Source: an uncultured Clostridia bacterium
GTDB lineage: Bacteria; Bacillota; Clostridia; Christensenellales; DTU072
Length of the DNA: 64,000 bases
Reading direction: 5' to 3'
Assembly (NCBI GenBank): GCA_946621465.1
Contig: CAMOOO010000001.1
Span: forward strand, 896,386-960,385
Shown here: one piece after another, positions 47,001 to 54,197 of the stretch
Position numbering within the stretch: position 1 is the stretch's first letter
Layout: every line of letters begins with the position of its first letter
The notes under the pieces: model-generated
What the model saw: the letters and a program-made list of their open reading frames with translations, nothing else
Told to the model about the DNA's origin: nothing
The model's database searches: none
Program-made: the position numbers and the translations under genes

Positions 47001-50000
47001 TGGAAACGGAGGGCGTTTATATCGGTAAAATGGGTTGGTCAAAGGTTGGTTCCGCCATTTGGATGGGAATGAATCAGAATATTTTCCGTGACGGCGATCA
47101 ATATCAATTGAATCTCCATCTCAGAACAAAAACGGGATATGTACTCAGTACGAACTATAATACCTATTATCTTCCCAACTACAACTTTGCCATCAATTTT
47201 GCGGGGATAGGCGACGTAGGTATGAGTAAATCCAATTGGACGTACGAGGCAAATTACGCTTATTGTACAGCTACTTTCACAGCAAAAGCTCCCACCGTTA
47301 AAGGTCATGCGGAGATCGATATTTTGGACTTTTCCGAAGCGTACCGCTTCGATACCCACTTCGGCGTGGAAGGATTGGACGGATACGATAAACTAAGCAT
47401 TACTTGGTATAAAAACGGCGTAGCCCTCGGCGAAAAGGGCATGTGGTACGCTAACCAAACATATACTCTATATAAAAATACGATCACCGAAGAAAACGAA
47501 TACTATTATGAGATCACTCACACTTCGCGTACAGGAACATTACGTAGCGAAAGCGTCTTTATCGGACCCAACACGAGGGTCAAGCCGACCTATCCTACCG
47601 TTATCAGCAAAAACGACGCGAGTTCTTGCGCTCAAACGGGCTCCATCAGCTGGAACAGAGGGGGAATAGAATACCGTATCGCTTCTATCTATGACGACCT
47701 TGAAGATACCTTTACCGATTGGCAAGATGCGCCGACGGAAGAAACGGTCTCCGGCGGTAGCGGTTCGGGTAGTGGTGCAGGTAGTGGCGCCGGAGGCGGC
47801 GAAGGCGGTGGCGTTACCGGAGGCGGTGGCGGCGGTGGCGGAGACGGCTCCGGCGGAGGTGGTTCGTCCGAACCTACCGTTACCTATCACGGAGAGTTTT
47901 TGAACGTTCCCGGTGGCACCATTTATTGGTTCCGGTACAAAGCGACCGGCACTTTGGATGCCAGCGAGATCACTGTGATCACCGTTTCGAAGACAAGTCA
48001 TACCTTTATACATACTGATGCCGTTGTACCGGAAACATCGGAATTGTGCACCGTCAACAGCGTACAAGAATACAACTACTGCACGGTCTGTGGCAAGTAC
48101 TATGATATGGATGGGAATGAATTCGATTCCGTCGATCATGTCACGACTTTTGCAACGGGACATAAGGACGAGAACGGAGACCTCTTCTGCGACTACTGCA
48201 GCGTGTCCATGATGAGCCGTTATTTCATGCGTGTAACGAGCGTGGATGATATCATCCCCGGCGCCAAGTACATCATCGTCAACGATGACGGACAAGTCAT
48301 GGAAATGGTCAAGTCGGTCAGCGCGAACGGCGGAAAATACGTCAGTGCACTCACCGCTGTCCGTAGCGCATCCGACATAACGAATGATTGGTTCTCTTCC
48401 GACAATATCGACAAAATAAACGCCTTCATATTCCAGATCGGCACTTTGCCCTCTAAGAGTACGGACGAAGCGACCTGCTACACTTTCTACGTAGGCAACG
48501 CTTGCATAGACTTTGCCGATGGGTTGGTCCTTTCACCTAAGTCATGGAATGACAGAACGGGCTTTTCCATTGAGGTTTCGGCAGGCAATACTTTCATAAT
48601 TTCTTCTTGGGACGGGACCAAAGAGCTGGCGCAAGCCACCCTTAAATCCGGCGGAAACGCATTCGCCGTCAGTGAGAACAACAAGCTCCTGTCTTCAAAG
48701 AACAAAGTCCGCCTGTACAGATTGGTCTCTCAGGTGACCGCGGTGGACGACAGCGAAAAGGTTTTTGAAGTCAAAGAAAAGAAGACGGTCGCCAATTACA
48801 CCGAGATGAGCGGAGACTACGAAAAAGAAGGGAATAAGAGCTCTGTCTCCGGCGTCATCGATGCCATCAGCGAAGACTATGTTAAGTCTTTTGCCAAAAA
48901 GAAGGGGATTACCGAGAACAATGCAAAGATCGACATCAAGTCGAGCGTGGAGGTTTTGAGTCAAACCGCAAACGAAATCACAATGGATGTACATCCCGCC
49001 ATTTCTTCCGGAGAAAAGGAAGAGATTATTCCCGACCGTAACCTCAACGGCAGAGAAATGACCATTACCCTGTTTGCCGGGTCCGAGATCCCCGAATATG
49101 TTACGCACAGATTGACGACCGGCGGGGTGGAATACTTCTATAAGATCGCCTCCGATCCCGATCAAAAGACCTTCTCTTTTGAGACGGACAAGGACGGAAA
49201 TGTATACATTACCTTTGTTGTAACGCAGTTTTCCACCTTTGTTTTGTCCATGCCCACTCCTGTCGTCCCCGAAGCTATCACCGGTACGGTGGAGGTAAAA
49301 GGGGATACGGAAGTCGGTAAGACCCTTTCCGTAGAAATCAAAGACAGCAACGTCGATAATGGGTCTGCGATCTATACCTGGATGAGAGACGGCGTAGCCA
49401 TCGAAGGCGCATCCAGTGCAACCTACGTTTTAACGAGTGCCGATGTCGGCGCAAAGATATCGGTATCGGTTGCCGATTCTACCCATACGGGATCCCTACT
49501 CAGCCCAGAGACGGCGGCAATCGACGGACCTACCGTAGTCGCCATAACCGGTTTGGTAACGATTAGCGGAAAGGCGGAAGTAGATTCCACGCTTATCGCT
49601 TCGGTATCGGGCAGCAACTATGATTCCGCATCCGCGACCTATACTTGGATGCGTGACGGCGTTGTTATCAGCGGCGCAAGCGGCATTACCTACGTGCTGA
49701 CCAATGCCGACGTTGGCGCGAAGATTTCCGTCAGAGTCGCCGATGCCACCCACAGTGGGAACCTTACCAGTGCGGAGACGGAAGAAGTTGCCGCAAAAGG
49801 AAAAGAACAAATCACCGGAAACGTTCAGTTTGAAGGAACGGCGGTAGTCGGTCAATACCTTTACGTCGGCATAAGCGGCGGCAATCAGGACGAAAATACA
49901 AGAGTCTACACCTGGTACCGCGGAAATACGGTAATCAGCGGCGCGACCAATTACTATTATATGGTAACGGACGCGGACGTAGGGTACAAAATCCACGTGA

Positions 50001-51649
50001 CTATCGGCGACGCCGTACACGATGGCGTCCTCGTAAGCCCGGAATCGGCGGTCGTTGCGGAAGCTGCCCTGCCCGAGGTCAATAAAACCGATTGTACCAC
50101 CTGTTCCAGTAACGACGGCACCATCATCAACGTCGACAGTACCATGCAATACAGCGTAAATGGCGAAACGTGGTACGACGTAACCAAATCGTCGGTTACC
50201 AATCTCGCCCCCGGCACCTATTACGTTCGCTACAAAGGCGCATCAAATAGCACTACCGTAACCATCAATGCCGGATCGCATACCTTTGGCGCATGGCAGG
50301 CAGAAGTTCCTTCCGATTGTAAAAACAACGGAACGATCGCGCATAAAGAATGTACTTCCTGCCGCAAAAACTTCGACAGCGACGGAATAGAGTTAGCGGA
50401 CGTCACCCTTCCTTTAGGCGAACACCGCTACAAAGATTGGACGATTACGCTGGCGGCAACTTGCACGACGGACGGCATGAAACAAAGAGAATGCGAAGTC
50501 TGCGGAGCAAAAGACGAACAGATCGTAACAAAACTCGGACACGATTATCGCTTCGACTCCATCGTTTGGACGGACTATACCGCAAAAGCACGCTTTATTT
50601 GCTTGCACGACGATACCCACGTTGAAGACTACGACTGCACTGTAACGAGCGAAGTTACTACGGTTCCCACCTGCGCTACCGCCGGTATCCGGACGTATAC
50701 GGCAACCTATCAGACCTATTCGGACACCAAAGAAGAGGCTTTGCCGATCGACACGACCAATCATAATTACGACGATTGGGTGACGACGGTAGAACCCACC
50801 TGCGAAGTCGTAGGACATAAGGAGCGCGTCTGCTCGATTTGTAGAGACAAGGAGGAAGAAGCCATCCCTGCGCTCGGACACGACCTTATTCATCATAACG
50901 CGAAAGTGCCAACCTGCGAGGAGATCGGCTGGGAAGAATACCATTCCTGCTCCCGTTGCGACTACAAGTCCGGATATGAAGAAATCGAGGCACTCGGACA
51001 CCTTTACGAAGAAACGGTGACCGCCCCCTCCTGCACCAAACCCGGCTATACCACCCACGAATGTACCCGTTGCGGCGACAAATTCGTCGATACGGAAACG
51101 GATGCGCTCGGGCATGATTTCTCGGAAGACGGCGTCGTCACCGCGCCTACCTGCGATGTAGACGGCTTTACCACCCATTCTTGCAGTCGTTGCAACGAGA
51201 CACTTAAAGACACCTTCGTTCCGGCGACAGGACACAGTTACGGTGATTGGGAAATCATCAAAACCCCCACTCTGACGGAAGCCGGCAGTAAACGCCGCAC
51301 CTGTTCCGTTTGCGGAAGGCACGAAGTCGTCGCTATCGAAATGAGCGCGGAAATGCAGGCATTTGCCGAAGAATTCAACAAGATCGATCTTGCCGACGGC
51401 ACCGTTAAATCATCCAATTTTAACGCAATTTGTCAGGCTGTCAACGACTACAACGCCCTGTCCGATGAGGAAAAGGCGTGGCTTGAGGACGATTATGCGA
51501 CATTGGTTGAGTACGCGAGACAGTATAATGAAATCGCCGAGGAAGTCAACGAAGACGTTGATACCGCGTCGAAAAATTCCTTCTCGCTGTTCACCGCCCT
51601 TGCGGCTGTGCTTTCCGCCATTTGGATCGTGTTGAAGAATTTATTCTAA
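44063..51649 (+). CDS. giant (2,528-aa) cell-surface lipoprotein with Ig-like repeats, Cys/His-rich mini-repeats and a C-terminal TM anchor
   Basis: RBS AGGAGG and lipobox VMAAC at Cys33. Contains a Ser-rich linker, many beta-rich modules, a poly-Gly linker, 3 x 89-aa repeats, about 8 CxxC-containing repeats, and a terminal hydrophobic helix FSLFTALAAVLSAIWIVL. Confidence 0.85.
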   Translation: MKITFFQRSKRKAPVLILTFVLAISMLGVMAACSSGHKAYADDATPITWLYVNVTEAFGSITMPNENSNSAGLPTSSFSRMKGSASDGTMSYTVTFQRGAEGYVFDDNVELYVNGIKYDSDKRSLSEDKKTLSFSYTAKPVLIKLYEGTYDNTHANDMTEDELITDTIDFGTVTKSGLASTPNKDLTIKNPGQSGRDRYSGTLGLQLIPPTSESGPESNPESSSSSSSSSSNPESGPDSSSSSSSSSGPVAFGFYPSNSTSISIATIQAGLTANFSISLNDTLDVGTYTWTLRIQSTGTDSFGSLPVAQIDYTVAITVEEDPAPTQHLKAIYTAYSTELASGTTIPSFGTADIEEVSSLPSKQFTFVNDGTETMTGVTIETNNPLFLVNGSVSYNAGTLAVGQSVTVTVTLGTASQAGTFQVPLQYQNGAKTFEGYLVLQVTVTDDIPALALEAYDGETKITSSSYTHNFGEVAYGANAPAAHPFRLVNVGRNATGNITVINNVSDGKTQGFQAVSVISNIDKNGEYNLYVQPKSGLAVGTYTSVILVRFSTNVVATNFRVTFTVYTESQVTSIVIPAEKAAQPVTGNTITTLNGNGTGYNYVVRYQEQSGEEWITVTSGTFAAGKTYRAWVTATANKSTHYTFSGSVTMTIGGSSAESFTTTSEKATGYKTFEQLPPDDFALELASYSSLTYENTAYYFVSVVDEYLVTTPGYFTLHNPGANATGDLTLSYEKVPSGYEGDTFESVSVIPSIAAGGNYVLEVKPALGKSANYDGNFIEDMTISNANVSITLRLVFIVNKKPYKIEVTYEQIELNKASSNTQKVEHELFGGDGANFAFDYLWEDPDNSIVDRYYENLKVGYTQAEANRFETHIRVRNRGSNNLTNITMTHSGPGDAYFDFDDDLSSTLEVTKNNVDGFYVKPKAGAPAGTHKTTMVITADYVDPVIITFSFTVKIEISQVVISGLTLPEGYDPAPRDLVVETEGVYIGKMGWSKVGSAIWMGMNQNIFRDGDQYQLNLHLRTKTGYVLSTNYNTYYLPNYNFAINFAGIGDVGMSKSNWTYEANYAYCTATFTAKAPTVKGHAEIDILDFSEAYRFDTHFGVEGLDGYDKLSITWYKNGVALGEKGMWYANQTYTLYKNTITEENEYYYEITHTSRTGTLRSESVFIGPNTRVKPTYPTVISKNDASSCAQTGSISWNRGGIEYRIASIYDDLEDTFTDWQDAPTEETVSGGSGSGSGAGSGAGGGEGGGVTGGGGGGGGDGSGGGGSSEPTVTYHGEFLNVPGGTIYWFRYKATGTLDASEITVITVSKTSHTFIHTDAVVPETSELCTVNSVQEYNYCTVCGKYYDMDGNEFDSVDHVTTFATGHKDENGDLFCDYCSVSMMSRYFMRVTSVDDIIPGAKYIIVNDDGQVMEMVKSVSANGGKYVSALTAVRSASDITNDWFSSDNIDKINAFIFQIGTLPSKSTDEATCYTFYVGNACIDFADGLVLSPKSWNDRTGFSIEVSAGNTFIISSWDGTKELAQATLKSGGNAFAVSENNKLLSSKNKVRLYRLVSQVTAVDDSEKVFEVKEKKTVANYTEMSGDYEKEGNKSSVSGVIDAISEDYVKSFAKKKGITENNAKIDIKSSVEVLSQTANEITMDVHPAISSGEKEEIIPDRNLNGREMTITLFAGSEIPEYVTHRLTTGGVEYFYKIASDPDQKTFSFETDKDGNVYITFVVTQFSTFVLSMPTPVVPEAITGTVEVKGDTEVGKTLSVEIKDSNVDNGSAIYTWMRDGVAIEGASSATYVLTSADVGAKISVSVADSTHTGSLLSPETAAIDGPTVVAITGLVTISGKAEVDSTLIASVSGSNYDSASATYTWMRDGVVISGASGITYVLTNADVGAKISVRVADATHSGNLTSAETEEVAAKGKEQITGNVQFEGTAVVGQYLYVGISGGNQDENTRVYTWYRGNTVISGATNYYYMVTDADVGYKIHVTIGDAVHDGVLVSPESAVVAEAALPEVNKTDCTTCSSNDGTIINVDSTMQYSVNGETWYDVTKSSVTNLAPGTYYVRYKGASNSTTVTINAGSHTFGAWQAEVPSDCKNNGTIAHKECTSCRKNFDSDGIELADVTLPLGEHRYKDWTITLAATCTTDGMKQRECEVCGAKDEQIVTKLGHDYRFDSIVWTDYTAKARFICLHDDTHVEDYDCTVTSEVTTVPTCATAGIRTYTATYQTYSDTKEEALPIDTTNHNYDDWVTTVEPTCEVVGHKERVCSICRDKEEEAIPALGHDLIHHNAKVPTCEEIGWEEYHSCSRCDYKSGYEEIEALGHLYEETVTAPSCTKPGYTTHECTRCGDKFVDTETDALGHDFSEDGVVTAPTCDVDGFTTHSCSRCNETLKDTFVPATGHSYGDWEIIKTPTLTEAGSKRRTCSVCGRHEVVAIEMSAEMQAFAEEFNKIDLADGTVKSSNFNAICQAVNDYNALSDEEKAWLEDDYATLVEYARQYNEIAEEVNEDVDTASKNSFSLFTALAAVLSAIWIVLKNLF
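44692..44808 (+). repeat. Ser/Pro/Glu-rich low-complexity linker coding tract
   Basis: Encodes PTSESGPESNPESSSSSSSSSSNPESGPDSSSSSSSSSGP, built from imperfect AGC/AGT runs. Confidence 0.8.
47751..47868 (+). repeat. Gly-rich low-complexity linker coding tract
   Basis: Encodes SGGSGSGSGAGSGAGGGEGGGVTGGGGGGGGDGSGGGGS, from GGC/GGT runs. Confidence 0.8.
49274..50074 (+). repeat. three diverged tandem 267-nt (89-aa) domain repeats
   Basis: Units start at 49274, 49541 and 49808 with AITGTVEVKG.., AITGLVTISG.. and QITGNVQFEG... All share the pattern YTWMRDG..I.GAS..TYVLT.ADVGAKISV.VAD.TH.G.L.S.E. Confidence 0.8.
50275..51330 (+). repeat. about 8 tandem 36-45-aa Cys/His-rich repeats
   Basis: Recurring pattern (L)GH.Y..........P(T/S)C...G.....C..C........, for example GHDLIHHNAKVPTCEEIGWEEYHSCSRCDYK and GHLYEETVTAPSCTKPGYTTHECTRCGDKF. 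Confidence 0.75.
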
Positions 51650-51659
51650 GGAGGATATT

Positions 51660-52319
51660 ATGAGAAAAAAATCTGTTATTTTTATAGTAACTGCTGTGAT
51701 CGTGGCGTTGATGACCTTAGTCTTCAACGCCTGCGGAAAAACCGAAAGCACCTCATCGTCGAACACCGATACAACAACGAGTCCGACGACGCAAACGGAC
51801 GTCTACACACAATTGAACCAGATGCTGAGTACCGCCGGTTATCCGGTGACGCTGACTACCAAGACAACGGAAAACAACTACGTTTTTCGGAGCGATTATA
51901 GCATCACGGAAGAAAGCGGGACCTGCTCGGTGGATTATTCTTACGAGCGGCTCAGCACCTTCGTCATTACCGACGACGGCGAGATCATCCTGCCGGAGGA
52001 CTTTAAAACGACCTATACGGGCAACGTTAAGGTCCGTAACGGAAAAATCATCGAGCAGGACGGCGCCGAAGTGGATATCGACGTGAGTGCGTTTGACGTA
52101 AAAGGTATCACCCTTTCCGAATCAGCTCTGACGAACGTTCAGACGTCGGAAGGAAGTTTCTCCGCAAAGATCCCCTCGCTGAAAACGGTCGCAGGGATCG
52201 ACGTCAACTCCTCTGACGCCGCCATTGCCATCCAATACACCGATGCGAAAATAACCAAGATTACCATTACCTACTCCACTGCTTCTTACCAATCGGAAAT
52301 GGTGTATAAATTCAGCTGA
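51660..52319 (+). CDS. small lipoprotein (219 aa), co-operonic with the giant gene
   Basis: RBS AGGAGGA; signal peptide and lipobox LVFNAC; Ser/Thr-rich linker; no recognised domain. Confidence 0.7.
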   Translation: MRKKSVIFIVTAVIVALMTLVFNACGKTESTSSSNTDTTTSPTTQTDVYTQLNQMLSTAGYPVTLTTKTTENNYVFRSDYSITEESGTCSVDYSYERLSTFVITDDGEIILPEDFKTTYTGNVKVRNGKIIEQDGAEVDIDVSAFDVKGITLSESALTNVQTSEGSFSAKIPSLKTVAGIDVNSSDAAIAIQYTDAKITKITITYSTASYQSEMVYKFS

Positions 52320-52342
52320 TAGCAACGCAATCAAATTAGTTT

Positions 52343-52376
52343 AAGCGGCGCGAAACATCGCGCCGCTTATTTTTTT
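52343..52376 (+). terminator. strong rho-independent terminator
   Basis: AAGCGGCGCG-AAACAT-CGCGCCGCTT followed by ATTTTTTT. Confidence 0.8.
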
Positions 52377-52740
52377 ACCATACAATACGTTTGCCTCCAA
52401 AGCCTCATATCATTCTCCCGATCCAATCTGCTCCTAAGCGCGCAGTTCCTCCCCTCTTTCTCCTGCGGTTTTATCTTGATAAAGTACTCATAACTGTCAC
52501 AAAAAGGCTTTAGCGGCGCAATTTGCGGTCCACAAAGCCTATCGCAAGTGACTTGTGCAGCTCAATACCGACCTTACTGGCTGTCAGGCGCACCCTAAGT
52601 GCGATCAGTTCCGTACAAATGGCGTTATGGTAGTTCTGTTACAGGCTCGTAGCGATAACACCGCAGAATACACGGCCATAAGGGCGTAAAGGGCGGTTAT
52701 GTACCGTGATAATGCACTTTATCCGCTCGATGCGGTTAAG

Positions 52741-52773
52741 AATAAAAATAAGGGCGCCTATTCAGACGCCCTT
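52741..52773 (-). terminator. rho-independent terminator of the minus-strand operon
   Basis: The minus strand reads AAGGGCG-TCTGAATAGG-CGCCCTT followed by ATTTTTATT. Confidence 0.7.
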
Positions 52774-52796
52774 ATCATTACTTGATCGAAAATAAG

Positions 52797-54197
52797 TTAC
52801 AGGGTAACTTTGACCTCTTTGATCAGACCCTCTTCCACCAATTCATTGGTCGGTTTGTACGGTAGGGTGTAATCTTCGGTCGGGACTTCACCTTTCTTCA
52901 AACCGAGGTTGCCACATACGACGGCAAACAGGTCTTTCGCGTATTTCAAACGACGATCGTTCTTAATACGGTACATGCACGGAACCATCTCGTACTTAGC
53001 TGCTTCCATCTTCTCGACCTTGTATTTGGTATCGATATAATCATCGGGGTTGAGAGAATAGTAGACGCACAAAGTCTTTCCACGGATGCCGAACTTAACC
53101 AAAGGCGTTCTGCCGGCGTTGATGGAGTCGTAGCTCCAGCTGATGCGGCTCTTTGCCTTCTTGTAGGAAAGAATCTCGTTCTTCAATTCGGTATAATACC
53201 GCTTCGCATCGTCGGAACTCTGCATGAGTTTGGCGGTGAAGGATTTATTGAAGCGAATACGGAAATAGTTCCCTTGTTCGTCCATGACTACGACGGTCTC
53301 GTCCTCCTCGTCATCCGATTCCGTTGCGGCTACTTCAGGCGCGTTGTTCTGCGCGGGAGCTACAGGTGCGGGAGCGGGTGCGGGTGCCGGCTTCGGCTTC
53401 GGAGCGGGCTTTTCGGTGACTACAACCGGTTCCTCAGCGATAGGAAGGGAACTGAACAAGCTGCCTGCCAGTACTTCTTTCTCAGAGTAGTACATCTTTT
53501 CCGACTTGACGGCGGAAACGGCGTCGTTCATTGCCTTTTCGCAGAGTTCGTTTACGTCAAAGGTCTCGGAAAGCAGGAATATAGACTCGTCGGCGAGCGT
53601 CATATGGAAGCAGAACTTGCCATCCTTTTCATACATGATGAATTTCGGGTGATTAACAAATTCGATCCAGCTCTTCGTCTTGTTCTCTACCGCAACGAAC
53701 AGTCCATTCTCACGGCAAACGGCAATAGCTTTCTTCACATCGTCGACACTGTCGTATTTGTATCTCGATTTGCTGACGGCTACTTTTTTGCCATTATAGA
53801 GCAAAAACACAAACTTGTTGTCGTCCGTCCTATGTATAACATATGCGCCGGATATCTTTTGCGGTTTCTCTGACTCATCGTTTTCTTCGGTGTTGTAAAT
53901 AACGTTTTTGTTAAATACTACGGATAACACCGCCATGATGATGAGCGCGCTGAAGACAGCTGAGAGAATGGTAAAAATACACGCGTGTGCGGCTACGACC
54001 GCAACGGTACCCACCGCCAACGCACTTGCCCATACGTAACCAATAATTTTAACCGTCTTTGTCACTTTGAACCAAGCGCAAAAGACAAGGTAAAATACGG
54101 TCAAAATATTGAGCAAAATAATGATCCAACTCAGACATTCTTCCGCCGAACAGGCTATATTAGACAAACCCGTTCCGGCTGATAAAAAGTTAGTCAT
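52797..54197 (-). CDS. membrane protein with two YegP/DUF1508-like repeats, a Pro/Ala-rich linker and a conserved-looking C-terminal domain
   Basis: 466 aa with about 3 N-terminal TM helices. YVIHRTDDNKFVFLLYNGKKVAVSKSRYKYDSVDDVKKAI and FIMYEKDGKFCFHMTLADESIFLLSETF match the YegP pattern. Linker KPAPKPKPAPAPAPAP. 8-nt overlap with the upstream gene. Confidence 0.65.
   Translation of the reverse strand: MTNFLSAGTGLSNIACSAEECLSWIIILLNILTVFYLVFCAWFKVTKTVKIIGYVWASALAVGTVAVVAAHACIFTILSAVFSALIIMAVLSVVFNKNVIYNTEENDESEKPQKISGAYVIHRTDDNKFVFLLYNGKKVAVSKSRYKYDSVDDVKKAIAVCRENGLFVAVENKTKSWIEFVNHPKFIMYEKDGKFCFHMTLADESIFLLSETFDVNELCEKAMNDAVSAVKSEKMYYSEKEVLAGSLFSSLPIAEEPVVVTEKPAPKPKPAPAPAPAPVAPAQNNAPEVAATESDDEEDETVVVMDEQGNYFRIRFNKSFTAKLMQSSDDAKRYYTELKNEILSYKKAKSRISWSYDSINAGRTPLVKFGIRGKTLCVYYSLNPDDYIDTKYKVEKMEAAKYEMVPCMYRIKNDRRLKYAKDLFAVVCGNLGLKKGEVPTEDYTLPYKPTNELVEEGLIKEVKVTL

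Noticed and set aside
44692-47868. Ser-codon (AGC/AGT) and Gly-codon (GGC/GGT) runs as slipped-strand phase-variation switches
   Set aside because: The tracts are imperfect mixtures of synonymous codons in multiples of three, so slippage would change linker length rather than switch the frame. They are treated as low-complexity linkers.
49274-50074. The three 267-nt repeats as a diversity-generating retroelement (DGR) variable/template repeat pair
   Set aside because: The copies are diverged throughout rather than only at adenine-templated positions, they are in-frame domain repeats of one protein, and there is no reverse transcriptase in the window.
52377-52740. RNase P RNA, tmRNA, SRP/4.5S RNA or a group II intron in the ORF-free segment
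   Set aside because: Scanning both strands by eye found none of the hallmark strings. These include GAGGAAAGTCC and ACAGAA..GGCTTA for RNase P, a tRNA-like GGTTCGA..CCA end for tmRNA, GGAAGCAGCCA for SRP, and a domain V-like hairpin for group II introns. The segment is kept only as an unassigned candidate.
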